Under the pieces are notes generated by a model. The model did not search any database, had not been told where the DNA came from, and saw only the letters and a list, made by a program, of their open reading frames with translations. Positions 1-10,712 of a stretch of DNA of 64,000 nt are shown piece by piece; within the stretch, counting starts at the first letter, position 1; every line of letters starts with the position of its first letter. The position numbers and the translations under genes are program-made. This DNA comes from an uncultured Actinomycetota bacterium (lineage in GTDB: Bacteria > Actinomycetota > Thermoleophilia > RBG-16-64-13): NCBI GenBank assembly GCA_963796315.1, contig CAWCLH010000020.1:289879-353878 (forward strand). The letters are read 5' to 3'.

Positions 1-1272
1 GTGGAAGGCGGCCCGGATTGCTTCGTGTCCGAGAAGCCCGGAGGGGTTCAGCTCGCCCGTGATCTGGGTCTGGAGGGACGGCTGGCCCCGACCAACCAGG
101 ACGAGCGCAAGAGCTACGTCCTGTGGAAGGGCGCCCTCCATCCGCTGCCCGACGGCCTGATCCTCCTGGTCCCGACGCAGGTGGTCCCCTTCGTGACCTC
201 CACTCTGTTCTCCTGGCCCGGAAAGGTCCGCATGGGGATGGACCTCGTCCTGCCGAAGGGAAAGGATCGCGGCGACGAGACGCTGGGCGACTTCATCCGG
301 CGCCGCTTCGGCACCGAGGCCTTGGAGAAGCTGGGCGAGCCCTTGGTGGCCGGCATCCACAGCGGCGACCCGGAGACCATGAGCGTGGAGGCCACCTTCC
401 CCCGGTTCCTCAACATGGAACGGGAGCAGCGCTCGCTCATCCTGGCCATGCTCGGGCAGATGAAGGCGGCGCGGCGCCGGCAGGCGGCCGCCGAACGGGA
501 CGCGAAGCAGGGGAGACCGCACACCGCCTTCGTCACCCTCGACAAGGGTGTGGGTCTCTTCGTCGACGAGTTGGTCCGCCGCATCGGTCCCGACCGCATC
601 CTCACCGGGGACCCGGCCCGACACCTGCAGGCCGCCGATGACGGCCGCTGGCGCATCGTGACCGCGGGGGGACGCACGCTCGAGGCGGACGGCGTGCTGT
701 TCGCCTCGCCGGCCTATGCCACGGCCGACGTCCTCGAAGGGCTCGACGCCGGCCTGGCCGACGGGCTGCGCCGCATCCCCTACGTCTCCTCGGGGACGGT
801 CACCCTGGCCTACCCCCGGGACCGGTTCCCCTCGACGCCGAACGGCTTCGGCGCCGTCATCCCCAAGGGAGAGCACCGCCGGATCAAGGCGTTCACCTGG
901 GTGACCACCAAGTTCTTCGATCGCGCCCCGGCCGACACCGTGTTGATGCGCTGCTTCCTGCGGGCCGTGACCGGGAACAGCCTGGGCCTGACCGAGGAGG
1001 AGATGGTCGCGGCCGCCAGGGAGGAACTGGAGGGCATCCTGGGCGTGGCCGTGGCCCCGTCGTGGACGCGGAGCTACCGCTGGGACCGGGCGATGCCGCA
1101 GTACGTGGTGGGTCACCTGGAACGGGTGGGCCGCATCGAGGCGGCACTGGGCCGGTTCCCGGGGCTGGCGCTGGGTGGCGGCGCCTACCGCGGCTCCGGC
1201 ATCCCCGATACCGTCCGGCTGAGCCGAGAACGGGCGGGCGCGCTAGTCGACCGCCTCGGCGAGAGGACGTGA
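1..1272 (+). CDS. hemY: HemY/CgoX-family protoporphyrinogen/coproporphyrinogen III oxidase; 5' end lies outside the window
   Basis: ORF 1..1272. Conserved HemY blocks: GGPDCFVSEKPGG, WPGKVRMGMDL, RWDRAMPQYVVGH, GGGAYRGSGIPD. Clearly paralogous to the next gene. Confidence 0.85.
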   Translation: MEGGPDCFVSEKPGGVQLARDLGLEGRLAPTNQDERKSYVLWKGALHPLPDGLILLVPTQVVPFVTSTLFSWPGKVRMGMDLVLPKGKDRGDETLGDFIRRRFGTEALEKLGEPLVAGIHSGDPETMSVEATFPRFLNMEREQRSLILAMLGQMKAARRRQAAAERDAKQGRPHTAFVTLDKGVGLFVDELVRRIGPDRILTGDPARHLQAADDGRWRIVTAGGRTLEADGVLFASPAYATADVLEGLDAGLADGLRRIPYVSSGTVTLAYPRDRFPSTPNGFGAVIPKGEHRRIKAFTWVTTKFFDRAPADTVLMRCFLRAVTGNSLGLTEEEMVAAAREELEGILGVAVAPSWTRSYRWDRAMPQYVVGHLERVGRIEAALGRFPGLALGGGAYRGSGIPDTVRLSRERAGALVDRLGERT

Positions 1273-1329
1273 CCGCCGAAGACCGGGTCCGGGCCGAGGC
1301 GGACCCGGCGTCGGGGGAGCGTCGACCCG

Positions 1330-2788
1330 GTGCGCGTCGCCGTGGTGGGCAGTGGCATCGCCGGCTTGGCGGCGGCGGCTCGGGTTCTTTCCCTGGCCGG
1401 GGAACAGGGCCGGCAGGTCCGTCTGTCCGTCTACGAGGCGGCCGACCGCTCCGGCGGTCACATCGTGACCGAACGGACCCCGGAAGGCTTCCTCATCGAG
1501 GGCGGGCCGGACTGCTTCGTCAGTCAGAAACCGGCGGGCATGCGCCTGGCCGGCGACGCGGGCCTCCAGATCCGTTCGACTGCGCCCGTCTCCACGACCT
1601 ACGTCCTGAGCGACGGGCACCTGCATCCCCTGCCCGAGGGGACCATGCTGATGGTCCCCACCAAGTTCCTGCCGCTCGCCCGCAGCGGCCTCCTGACCTG
1701 GCCTGGGAAGGTCCGCATGGGTCTGGATCTGGCGCTGCCGCGGGGTGGGGTGGGGGACGAGTCCCTGGGTGACTTCGTCCGGCGCCGCCTCGGCGACGAA
1801 GCCTTGGAGAAGATCGCCGAGCCCCTCGTCGCCGGGGTCCACGCGGGCGACCCCGACCGGCTGAGCCTGGTCAGCACCTTCCCCCGCTTCAAGGCGATGG
1901 AGACGGACCACCGCTCCCTGATCCTGGCCATGGTCCAGGCCCGGCGCGCCCGGGCGCGCGCCGCGAGGACCGGCGGGGCCCGCCCCGGCGCCGCGGGCCC
2001 CAGTGCCTTCGTCACGGTGGAAGGCGGGTTGCAGCGACTGGTCGATGCGCTGGTGGCGTCGCTTCCTCCCGGAAGCCTGCGCCTGGCCACCCCGGTGACG
2101 TCGATCGAGGCGGCCCGGTCGGACGCCGTCGCTCCGCCGCCGGGCGCGGCGCCGGGCCGCCCGTTACCGGCTGCACCTGGGAGGATCCCCGGGCGGGCCG
2201 GTGGAGGAGGCGGACGTCGTCATCCTGGCGGTGGCCGCCCACGAGGCAGCTCCCCTGGTGGCGCCGCTGCACGCCGGGCTCTCCGCCGAGTTGGCCGGCA
2301 TCGACGCGGTCTCCGCGGTGACGGTCACCCTGGGCCTGCGACGGGAGGATGTGGCCCACCCGCTGAACGGGTTCGGACTGGTGGTCCCCCGGCGGGAGCA
2401 GCGGCGGATCATGGGGGTGACCTGGAGCTCGTCCAAGTTTCCGGACAGGGCCCCGGACGGGCACGTGCTCCTGCGCGTCTTCCTGGGCGGGGTCAAGGGA
2501 CCGGCCGTGCTGGAATCGGACGACGAGGCCATCCGGGCCATGGTCTTGGAGGAGGTCGGCGACCTGCTGGGACTGACCGGCGCGCCGGTCACGGCGCGTC
2601 TTTTCCGCTGGCCGCGGGCGATGCCCCAGTACAACGTGGGGCATCAGGAGCGCCTGGCCCGTATCGACCGGGCGCTCGCCGCCGTCCCCGGCCTCGAATT
2701 GGCCGGGGGTTCCTACCGGGGTGTCGGCATCCCCGATTGCATCCAGAGCGGATGGCGGGCCGCCGAACGGCTGCTCCTCCCAGCCTGA
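1330..2788 (+). CDS. hemY: Second HemY/CgoX-family oxidase paralog; one apparent frameshift at about 2130-2165
   Basis: GTG 1330 with FAD fold MRVAVVGSGIAGLAAA, GGPDCFVSQKPAG and WPGKVRMGLDL in ORF 1330..2952. The C-terminal half (EADVVILAV, RWPRAMPQYNVGH, GGSYRGVGIPDC) continues in ORF 2201..2788. Confidence 0.8.
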
Positions 2789-2789
2789 G

Positions 2790-5317
2790 CTACTCCACAG
2801 GAGGGGCGGGCGGGGTCGGCTGCGGCTGCTCCTTGGGGAGGGGGGGTAGCGTCTCCTCTCCCTCGAAGCCGCGAGGGAAGAGTCGCCGCGCCTTCTCGCT
2901 CAGCTCGGTCAACCTGGCCATCACTCTGCCGTTGACCGTGCCTTCCGGATAGTCCCCGTTCTCGTCCGCCTCGCCGGCCGCCACGCCCGTCAGAAGGGCG
3001 ATACCCTCGTCGATGGTGCGTATCGGGAAGATGTGGAAATCACCTGCCGCCACGGCTTCCCGCACCTCCTCCTTCAGCATCAGGTTGCGGATGTTGGCCT
3101 CCGGGATCAAGACGCCTTCGTCGCCGCGAAGCCCGCGGGCCTTGCAGACCTCGAAGAAGCCCTCGATCTTCTCGTTGGCCCCGCCGATCGGTTGCACCTG
3201 CCCCCGCTGGTTCACCGAGCCGGTGACCGCGAAGCGCTGTTGGATGGGGAGGCCCGAGAGGGAGGAGAGGATGGCATAGAGCTCGGCCGAGGAGGCGCTG
3301 TCGCCCTCCACGCCGGAGTACGACTGCTCGAACACGAGGCGCGCGTTCAACGAGAGCGGGCGGTCCTGCGCGTACTTCGAGCCCAGGAAGCCGGACAGGA
3401 TGAGCACGCCCTTGGAGTGGATGGGACCGCTCATCTCGACCTCGCGCTCGATGTCGAGCACCTTCCCCTCGCCCAGGCGCGTGGTCGCCGTGATCCGGCT
3501 GGGGCGGCCGAAGGCGTAGTCGCCGACGGACGCCACCGAGAGACCGTTGATCTGGCCGACCACCGAGCCGTCGGTATCGACCATGATGGTGCCCTCGGTG
3601 ATCATCTCCCGCAGGCGCTCCTCGATCCGGCTGGACCGGTAGCTGCCCTCGTCCAGAGGCCCGCTCGACGTCGGGACGGTCGACCACCACCCCCTCGCCG
3701 GGCTCCCCGTTCTGATGCGCGGCCCAGTACGCGGACTCCCGCACCAGGTCGCTGACGTCCCGGAACCGGACGGAGAGCTTGCGCTGGTCCTCGATCAGGC
3801 GGGAGCCGTGCTCGACGATCCGAGCGACGGCCTCCGGCGTAAAGGGGGGAAGCTCCTCCGCCTGGACCACGTCGGCGACGAACTGAGCATAGAGCTGCTC
3901 GTTCTCGGGCGTGCGGTCCGCCTCGGTGTCGAAGTCGGCCTTGACCTTGAACAGCTCTTGGAAGTCGGGGTCGAGCTGGTAGAGCAGGTAGTAGATCATC
4001 GGCTCGCCCAGCATGACCACCTTGCAGTCCAAGGGGATGGGCTCCGGATCCAGGGTCACGGTCGCGCTCAATCCCATCTGCTTCGCCATATCCTCGATCC
4101 GGATCTCGCCGCTCTTCAGGGCCCGCTTGAGGGCGTCCCACGAGTAGGGCTTCGTCAGCAGCTCCCGGGCCTCCAAGACGAGGAAGCCGCCGTTGGCCGA
4201 GTGCAGGGCTCCGGGCTTGATCATGTTGAAGTCGGTGAAGAGCGTGCCGAACTGGGCCAGGTGCTCCACCCGCCCGAGCAGATCGGGCAGGGTGGGGTTG
4301 TTCTCCCGTACCACCGGCGCGCCCTCCCGGCTGCCGTTGTCCACGATCACGTTGACCTGGTACTTGCGGAAGGCGGCTTCCGTCCGTTGCTTGCCGAGCG
4401 CCATCCCCATGAGGGTCTGTTGGGGCTCGTCATCGGACCGCTTGAAATCGTCGGCGTTCTCCACCACGTCCGCCAGGACGGCATCCAAGTAGGCCGACAC
4501 CTCGTCCACCTTCGCCCAGTGCTGGCGCACGTCGTCGATCAGGTGCTCGGCGGCGTAGGTGGTCACCTCCCGGTCGAGCTCGCGCAGGCGCTCGCGGCCG
4601 GACTTCTCGTCTTGGCGCACCAGGCGCATGATCTGTTGGAGCTCGGCGTTCAGCTTGGACAGCGCCTCGTCGATCCGGTGCTGCTCGTCCTCGGCCAGGG
4701 AGTTGTAGGTCTCGCGAGGCATGGGCTCGCCTTCCTTGGTGCGGGGGGCGAAGGCGAGTCCCGCCGGGGTGCGGAGCATCAGGTAGCCCTCGCCCTTCGG
4801 CCTTCTCCCGGAGCGCATCCAGCTTCGCCTCCTGGTTCTGACTGACGTCCTGGGCGATCTCGCGCCGCTGCCGGTCGTACTCCTCCCCCTCGAACGCCAG
4901 GGTGATGGCGGCCTGCAGGTCCTCGACCAGCTTCTCCATGTCCGCGCGGAAGGCACAGGCTCTGCCCGGCGACAGGCGGATGGCATTCGGCTTGTGCGGC
5001 GTGGTGAAGTTGTTGACGTACACCCAGTCGTCGGGCGCGGGGCGGGACGCCGCCTCGGCCGTCAGGTGCTGCATGATGACGGTGGCTTTGCCGGTGCCGG
5101 TGGGTCCCAAGGCGTAGATGTTGTAGCCGTGGCTGGGCACGCCGATGCCGAAGTCGACCGCTCCGACGGCACGGTCCTGACCGATCACCTCGCGCAGCAC
5201 CGGGAGCTCCGCCGTCGTGCTGAAGGCAAACTGGGCGGGATCGCAGGCGCGATAGATCTCGTCCTTGGAGAGCTCGCGCGATGCGGGTGCCGGCTGCAGC
5301 TGCTGCTCTTTCGTCAT
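2790..5317 (-). CDS. Lon-related ATP-dependent protease (AAA+ N-terminal part, Lon/S16 proteolytic C-terminal domain); two apparent frameshifts at about 4797 and 3658
   Basis: The N-terminus is in ORF 4430..5389 (IGQDRAV, Walker [10 protein letters not shown]; ATG 5317 preceded by GGAGAAG). The middle is in ORF 3040..4986. The Lon_C part is in ORF 2790..3605 ([41 protein letters not shown]). Confidence 0.8.
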
Positions 5318-5385
5318 GTCGTCTTCTCCGCGGTCGACATCGTCAGGACGGGAAGGGGATGGGGGACGGGACGGGAAGGGGCGGG

Positions 5386-6588
5386 TCACCCGACCAGCCC
5401 ACGGTGGCGACCCACCCGGGTGAAGGCGTCGATGGCCTCCTCGACGTCCTCGGGCCGGTGGACGGCAGAGAGCTGGACCCGGATCCGAGCCTCTCCCTTG
5501 GGGACGACCGGATAGCTGAACCCGACCACGTAGATCCCCTCATCCAGCAGTTCCCAGGCCATCTCGTTGGCCTCCCGGGCGTCCCCGATCATCACCGGCA
5601 CGATGGGGTGCGATCCGGGCTTGAGGGTGAAGCCCGCCGCGGACATGCCTTCTCGGAAGCGGGCGGCGTTGACCGCCAGTCGGTCGCGGAGCTCGGTCGA
5701 GCCGGAGAGCAGGTCCAGTACGGCGAGGCCTGCCCCGACGATGGGCGGCGCCAGCGCGTTGGAGAACAGGTAGGGCCGAGAGCGCTGCCGTAGCAGCGCG
5801 CAGACCGGCCGCGACGCCGCCGTGAAGCCGCCGGAGGCGCCCCCCAGCGCCTTGCCCAAGGTGCTTGTCAAGATGTCGACCTTGCCCATGACTCCGAAGT
5901 GCTCGGGCGTGCCGCGGCCGGTGGCGCCGACGAAACCGGAGGCATGGGAGTCGTCCACCATCACCAGCGCGTCGTAGCGTGCCGCCAGGTCGCAGATGAG
6001 GTCGAGCGGGGCGTAGGTGCCATCCATGCTGAAGACCCCATCGGTGGCGATCAGCCGCAGCCGGGCGCCCGCCGCCGCGCGCAACTGGGCCTCCAAGTCG
6101 GCGGCGTCACCGGTCCGGTAGCGGAATCGTTGCGCCTTGCAGAGACGGATGCCGTCGATGATGGACGCATGGTTCAGGGTGTCGGAGATGACCGCGTCCT
6201 CCTCGCCCAGCAGGACCTCGAACAGCCCGCCGTTGGCGTCGAAGCAGGAGCCGTACAGGACGGCGTCCTCGAACCCGAAGAAGCGGGCGAGGGCCGCCTC
6301 CAGCTGCTGGTGGACGTCCTGGGTCCCGCAGATGAAGCGCACGCTCGACATGCCGAAGCCCCGCGTATCGAGCGTCTCCTTGGCCGCCTGGACCACCAGC
6401 GGGTGCGAGGAGAGTCCCAGGTAGTTGTTGGCGCAGAAGTCGAGGACCGACCGCTCTTGGCCACCCACCCGCACCGTCACCCGTCCGCCTTGCGGCGAGA
6501 CCAGAGGCCGCTCCTCCTTCCACAGGCCCTGGTCGCGGATCTCGGCCAGCTGGACCTCTATCAGACGGCGCGCCCGCTCCTCCATCAC
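5386..6588 (-). CDS. kbl: 2-amino-3-ketobutyrate CoA ligase (glycine C-acetyltransferase)
   Basis: Intact 400-aa ORF with [22 protein letters not shown] and [10 protein letters not shown] (PLP class II aminotransferase fold). Its start overlaps the tdh stop. Confidence 0.9.
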   Translation of the reverse strand: MMEERARRLIEVQLAEIRDQGLWKEERPLVSPQGGRVTVRVGGQERSVLDFCANNYLGLSSHPLVVQAAKETLDTRGFGMSSVRFICGTQDVHQQLEAALARFFGFEDAVLYGSCFDANGGLFEVLLGEEDAVISDTLNHASIIDGIRLCKAQRFRYRTGDAADLEAQLRAAAGARLRLIATDGVFSMDGTYAPLDLICDLAARYDALVMVDDSHASGFVGATGRGTPEHFGVMGKVDILTSTLGKALGGASGGFTAASRPVCALLRQRSRPYLFSNALAPPIVGAGLAVLDLLSGSTELRDRLAVNAARFREGMSAAGFTLKPGSHPIVPVMIGDAREANEMAWELLDEGIYVVGFSYPVVPKGEARIRVQLSAVHRPEDVEEAIDAFTRVGRHRGLVG

Positions 6589-7760
6589 TCCTCACTCCAG
6601 CGCATGATGACCTTCGGATACCGCGTGATCATCTCTTCGAATCGTCCCGGCTCGAACTCGGTCATGGGGATGATGGGCCCCTGCCCGCCCTCCAGGATGA
6701 CGTCGTAGATCAGGTCGTGGATGTTCGGCTGCCGGGACTCGAGCAGGTTCCGGGTGATGTGCCACGTCTCCCAGATGCGCCGGCCCACCACGCTGTGCAG
6801 GCTGATGCCGTCCACGATCACGCGGTCCATCCGCTCGATGGTCGCGTCACCGGAGCGGATGCCGAACAGGATGACGTGGCCCCCGCGGCGGACGGCGGCG
6901 ATCGCGGTGTTGAGCGCGGAACCGGCGCCGCTCATCTCGATGGCCACGTCCACGCCCACCCCTTCGGTCAGATCGTGGACCGCGTCGGCGATGGCCTCGT
7001 CGTGCAGGTACGAGCTGACCGCCTCCCGCGAGGGCTCGATGACCGCGTCCGCCCCCAGCGCCAGCGCCATCTCCCGATGCCTCTTCACCGGCTCCACGCC
7101 GATCACCTGGCGGGCGCCCAACGCCCGGGCGATCGGGACGGCGAACAGCCCGATGGTCCCCAGACCCAGGATGGCCACGCTCTGGCCGCGCAGGTTGACC
7201 TTGGTGCAGGCATGCACGGCGTTGCCGAAGGGCTCCTGCAGCGCCGCCACCTCCGGCCGGATCTTGCTGAGATCGGTGGGCCAGAGGGTCTTGCCGGGCA
7301 GCTTGACCATCTCGGAGAAGCAACCGTCCAGCGAGATGCCGATGATCTGCGCCGTCGCGCACACGTGCTTGTCGCCCACCCGGCACTGATAGCAGGTGTC
7401 GTCGATGATGTGGCTCTCCGCCGTGACGATGTCTCCCGGCCGCAGGCCGTGGTCGCGGAAGACCTCCGAGCCGACCTCCAGGACCCGGGCCAGGAGCTCG
7501 TGGCCGATGACGCGGGCCTGTTTCCCCTCGCGCTCCAGGCTCTCCAGGATCATGTCCCCGAAGGCCCGGCGGTACCAGATGCTCCGGTCCGAGCCGCAGA
7601 AGCCGGTGAGCAGCGGCCGGAGGAGCACCATCTCGGCGTCGCGGTAGTCGCGGCGGAGGTCGAGGCGAGGGCGGGGGACCGACTGCAGGCGCAGGCCGGT
7701 GGTGGACTCCCAGGGGTCCAGCACGCGGTCGTAGGTGAGGGCCAGCATCGTCTCGTCCAT
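6585..7760 (-). CDS. tdh: L-threonine 3-dehydrogenase (zinc-dependent alcohol dehydrogenase family)
   Basis: ORF 6585..7901. Homology starts near [10 protein letters not shown] (ATG 7760; Met at 7793 is an alternative start). [20 protein letters not shown] and GLGTIGL motifs; operon partner of kbl. Confidence 0.85.
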   Translation of the reverse strand: MDETMLALTYDRVLDPWESTTGLRLQSVPRPRLDLRRDYRDAEMVLLRPLLTGFCGSDRSIWYRRAFGDMILESLEREGKQARVIGHELLARVLEVGSEVFRDHGLRPGDIVTAESHIIDDTCYQCRVGDKHVCATAQIIGISLDGCFSEMVKLPGKTLWPTDLSKIRPEVAALQEPFGNAVHACTKVNLRGQSVAILGLGTIGLFAVPIARALGARQVIGVEPVKRHREMALALGADAVIEPSREAVSSYLHDEAIADAVHDLTEGVGVDVAIEMSGAGSALNTAIAAVRRGGHVILFGIRSGDATIERMDRVIVDGISLHSVVGRRIWETWHITRNLLESRQPNIHDLIYDVILEGGQGPIIPMTEFEPGRFEEMITRYPKVIMRWSEE

Positions 7761-7909
7761 CCCGGCCTCCTGCAGAGCTCCGTGCGCCGGCATCGGCCGG
7801 TCCGCTTTCCTTAGCCTAACGCGGCAGCCCCCGGCGGGCGAGCCGCGTGGAACCATGACGTGCGGACGGGGAAAAGGGGAGAGAGAGCGGGTGCGGGGCA
7901 AGAGAGAGG

Positions 7910-7994
7910 TGTCCGAGGGGGGACTTGAACCCCCATGAGTTATGCACTCACTAGGCCCTCAACCTAGCGCGTCTGCCAGTTCCGCCACTCGGAC
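7910..7994 (-). tRNA. tRNA-Leu (anticodon GAG), long variable arm
   Basis: Hand-folded: acceptor GTCCGAG/CTCGGAC, U8, A14, D arm GCG-GAACTGGCAGA-CGC, anticodon stem CTAGG/CCTAG with loop TTGAGGG, T arm GGGGG-TTCAAGT-CCCCC, discriminator A. Confidence 0.9.
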
Positions 7995-8011
7995 ACGGCC
8001 GCCGGAACCGG

Positions 8012-8040
8012 AGTATAGAACCCACTCCGGGGACATGCAA
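8012..8040 (-). promoter_or_regulatory. Sigma-70-type promoter for tRNA-Leu (TTGCAT-N17-TATACT on the minus strand)
   Basis: The reverse complement of 8035..8040 is TTGCAT and of 8012..8017 is TATACT. The spacer is 17 nt. The -10 lies about 17 nt upstream of the tRNA 5' end. Confidence 0.6.
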
Positions 8041-8151
8041 CCGAGGCGGGCGGGCGGCACCCGTCCCCTCCGTCGCTCCGGTTCTGTCCGAGCGGCGTTC
8101 TAGACTGCTCGCATGGTCCGCTCCGTTCGACAGCACAGCCGTTCCGACCTC

Positions 8152-8180
8152 TTGGCAGCGGCACTCCGGTCGCCTATACT
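8152..8180 (+). promoter_or_regulatory. lexA promoter (TTGGCA-N17-TATACT)
   Basis: TTGGCA at 8152..8157 and TATACT at 8175..8180, spacer 17 nt, about 37 nt upstream of the lexA ATG. Confidence 0.65.
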
Positions 8181-8186
8181 TCCCGG

Positions 8187-8200
8187 CGAACAAATGTTCA
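8187..8200 (+). promoter_or_regulatory. LexA operator (Cheo/SOS box, CGAACAAATGTTCA)
   Basis: Perfect GAAC-N4-GTTC palindrome at 8188..8199. It lies immediately downstream of the -10 hexamer and 17 nt upstream of the lexA start. Confidence 0.85.
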
Positions 8201-8216
8201 CGTTGACGAGGTCGCT

Positions 8217-8822
8217 ATGGACTTGACGCCCCGGCAGCAGCAGATCATCGAGGTCATCCGCTCCAGCATCGCGGAGCAGGGCTATCCGCCCACCGTGCGG
8301 GAGATCGGGGCCGCCGTCGGCCTGTCGTCTCCCGCCTCCGTGCAGAACCACCTCTCCGCCCTGGAGGAGCGCGGCTACATCCGGCGAGGTGCCCTCCGGC
8401 GACGGGCCCTCGAGCTCGTGACGGCCAAGGTCGACGCCTCGGCGCCCCGCTCGGTGCTGGTCCCGCTCGTGGGGCGGGTGGCCGCCGGGCAGCCTTTGCT
8501 GGCCGAGCAGAACGTGGAGGATGTCCTCGAGTTGCCGCCGTTCCTGGCCCAGGACGATGGGTGCTTCGTCCTGCAGGTCCAGGGCACGTCGATGGTGGGG
8601 GCGGGCATCCTCGACGGCGACCTCGTGGTCGTGCGCCGCCAGGACGATGCCGAGAACGGGGACATCGTCGTCGCCCTTCTCGAGGACGAAGCCACCGTCA
8701 AGCGCTTCTATCGCGAAGCGGACCATGTCCGGCTCCAACCGGAGAACGCCGAGATGGAGCCCATCCTGACGCGAGACCCCCGGATCCTGGGCAAGGTGAC
8801 CGGGGTGATGAGGAGGTTGTGA
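8217..8822 (+). CDS. lexA: LexA repressor (S24 self-cleaving peptidase)
   Basis: Intact 201-aa ORF. Winged-helix N-terminus (LTPRQQQIIEVI, YPPTVREIG) and catalytic region QVQGTSMVGAGI ... ATVKRF. Confidence 0.93.
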   Translation: MDLTPRQQQIIEVIRSSIAEQGYPPTVREIGAAVGLSSPASVQNHLSALEERGYIRRGALRRRALELVTAKVDASAPRSVLVPLVGRVAAGQPLLAEQNVEDVLELPPFLAQDDGCFVLQVQGTSMVGAGILDGDLVVVRRQDDAENGDIVVALLEDEATVKRFYREADHVRLQPENAEMEPILTRDPRILGKVTGVMRRL

Positions 8823-9119
8823 TGATGGTGCAGGCCGCTATCGCCCTGGCGCTCGGTTCCGCTCGGCCCGACCGGCAGCTTCGCCTGCTCGAGAGCTCCC
8901 CGGACGAAGGGGTCGAGGCCCCCTCGAGTCGACCCTGCACACTCCCTACCCCGGTCGGCCGACGAGCCCGCTGCCGCACCCGAGCAGACGCTGGCCGAGT
9001 ACCTGGCCGTGGTGGTCGTCGGCAGCCCGTGCTTCTGCTGCGGGGAAGACTTCGTCACCGCCGAGGGCGGCCTGGTCTGCCCGGTCTGCGGTGCCGAGAT
9101 CCGACGAGAAGCGGCCTAG
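8822..9119 (+). CDS. Possible small zinc-ribbon protein coupled to lexA; needs one frameshift to be continuous
   Basis: ATG 8822 overlaps the lexA TGA (GTGATGATGG). That frame reads MMVQAAIALALGSARPDRQLRLLESSPDEG. A second frame is open from 8826 and ends EQTLAEYLAVVVVGSPCFCCGEDFVTAEGGLVCPVCGAEIRREAA with stop 9117..9119 (CxxC-N14-CxxC). Confidence 0.3.
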
Positions 9120-9149
9120 CGTGTCCCCGGTCCCCGGGTGCCGTCGGGG

Positions 9150-9177
9150 TTGCATGACGAAAGGCGTCGGCTATACT
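9150..9177 (+). promoter_or_regulatory. Promoter for tRNA-Asn (TTGCAT-N16-TATACT)
   Basis: TTGCAT at 9150..9155 and TATACT at 9172..9177; the tRNA starts at 9213. Confidence 0.6.
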
Positions 9178-9212
9178 AGCCAGGCGTCCGGCCCGGGCCC
9201 GGGTGCCAGCGG

Positions 9213-9287
9213 TCCTCGGTAGCTCAATGGTAGAGCACCTGGCTGTTAACCAGGGTGTTGCAGGTTCGAGTCCTGCCCGAGGAGCCA
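9213..9287 (+). tRNA. tRNA-Asn (anticodon GTT), CCA encoded
   Basis: Acceptor TCCTCGG/CCGAGGA, anticodon stem CCTGG/CCAGG with loop CTGTTAA, T arm GCAGG-TTCGAGT-CCTGC, 3' GCCA. Confidence 0.92.
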
Positions 9288-9523
9288 TCAGGCCGTCCCT
9301 TGCGGGCGGCCTTGCTGCGTCTGGAGGGCTTGACTTGCGCCGCAGATCCGGGTGAGTCGCACCATCCCTCCCGACGATGACCGGGCTCCTACCCGCCCGG
9401 GCGCACCCAAGCCGGCGGCCGGTAGCGGCGGCGCAGTTCGGGCGATAGACTCCCAGCAAGGACAAACGGCGAAGGCGGTCCATTGGACGAAGGCAGACGA
9501 CCCTGGAGGACGACTACAGGCGG

Positions 9524-10670
9524 GTGTGGGCCGTGAGCGACCTGTCGGGAGCCCCTGCGCCGGACGCCGCCACGCCGGGCGAGGTGCCGCCCCCCGTCGT
9601 CGTCATCATGGCCGGCGGCGCCGGCACCCGGTTCTGGCCGGCCAGCACCCGGCTCCGCCCCAAGCAGTTCCTGCGGCTGCTGGACGACCGCAGCCTCCTG
9701 CAACAGAGCTACGACCGCGCCCGTCTGCTGACCGACCCCGGCCGCATCTTGATATTGACGAGTGCCGACTTCGCCGGTCTGGTGCGGGAGCACCTCCCGG
9801 AGGTGCCCGCGGAGAACGTGGTGGGGGAGCCCATGCGCCGCGACACCGCCGCCGCCGTCGCCCTGGGTGCGCTGCTGACCCGGGCCCGCTTCGGCGACGC
9901 GGTCATGATCGTGCTGACGGCGGACCATCTGATCGACCCTCCGGAGACCTTCCGGCGGGAGATGCTCTCGGCGGCGCGGGCGGCCCGGGCGGAGGGCGCC
10001 CTCTACACCTTCGGCATCCCGCCCAGCTACCCGGCCACCGGCTACGGGTACCTCCATCGGGGCGCCAAGGTCCTGGACGACGACGGCATCACGCACTACG
10101 AGATCCGGGGCTTCCGCGAGAAGCCGGATCTGGAGACCGCCCAGGGCTACCTCGAGTCCGGCGAGTACTGGTGGAACAGCGGCATGTTCGTGTGGTCGGC
10201 CGACACCATACTGACCGCCTTCCAGCGGTTCCTTCCCGGTCACCTCGCCGCCTTGGAGCCCGCCGTGGGGGCGCTGGGCACGGCGGAGGAGGGCGCGGCC
10301 CTCTCTCGGGCGTTCGCCGACCTTCCCTCCATCTCCATCGACCTGGGGGTCATGGAGCGGGCGGAGCAGCGTGCGCATGGTCGCGGCGGACTTCGCCTGG
10401 AACGACTTGGGCGGCTGGTTGGCGGTGGAGGAGTTCTACCTGCCGGACGAGCGGGGAAACCGAGGACGGGGGAGCACCGTCCTCTTGGACGCGGACGATA
10501 ACATGGTGGTGACGGAGGACCCGGACGAGCTGATCGCCCTGGTGGGAGTCAGCAACCTGATCGTGGTCCGTTCTGGTCCGCGCACGCTGATCGTCGACCG
10601 CAGCCGCGCGGAGGAGGTCAAGGAGTTGGTCCGCGGTCTGGACGACGCGGGCCACGGAGAGCACGCGTGA
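9524..10670 (+). CDS. manC: Mannose-1-phosphate guanylyltransferase (GDP-mannose pyrophosphorylase); one apparent frameshift at about 10370
   Basis: ORF 9524..10501 carries MAGGAGTRFWP, EPMRRDTAAA, GYGYL and WWNSGMFVW. The C-terminus (FAWNDLGGW ...) continues in ORF 10371..10670. Confidence 0.85.
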
Positions 10671-10712
10671 TGTGCTCGACAGGGTGCCGGCCATGCCGAA
10701 AAGGAGGGAAGG

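Noticed and set aside
1330-2788. Calling the second hemY, both SMC-like genes, the dynamin-like gene and others as pseudogenes because of frame breaks.
   Set aside because: The same kind of break affects thrS, infC, pheT, rplT and the arg genes at similar density. The breaks are best explained as consensus indels. Only the PhnD-like gene (substitution-type stop) and the orphan fragments are treated as decayed.
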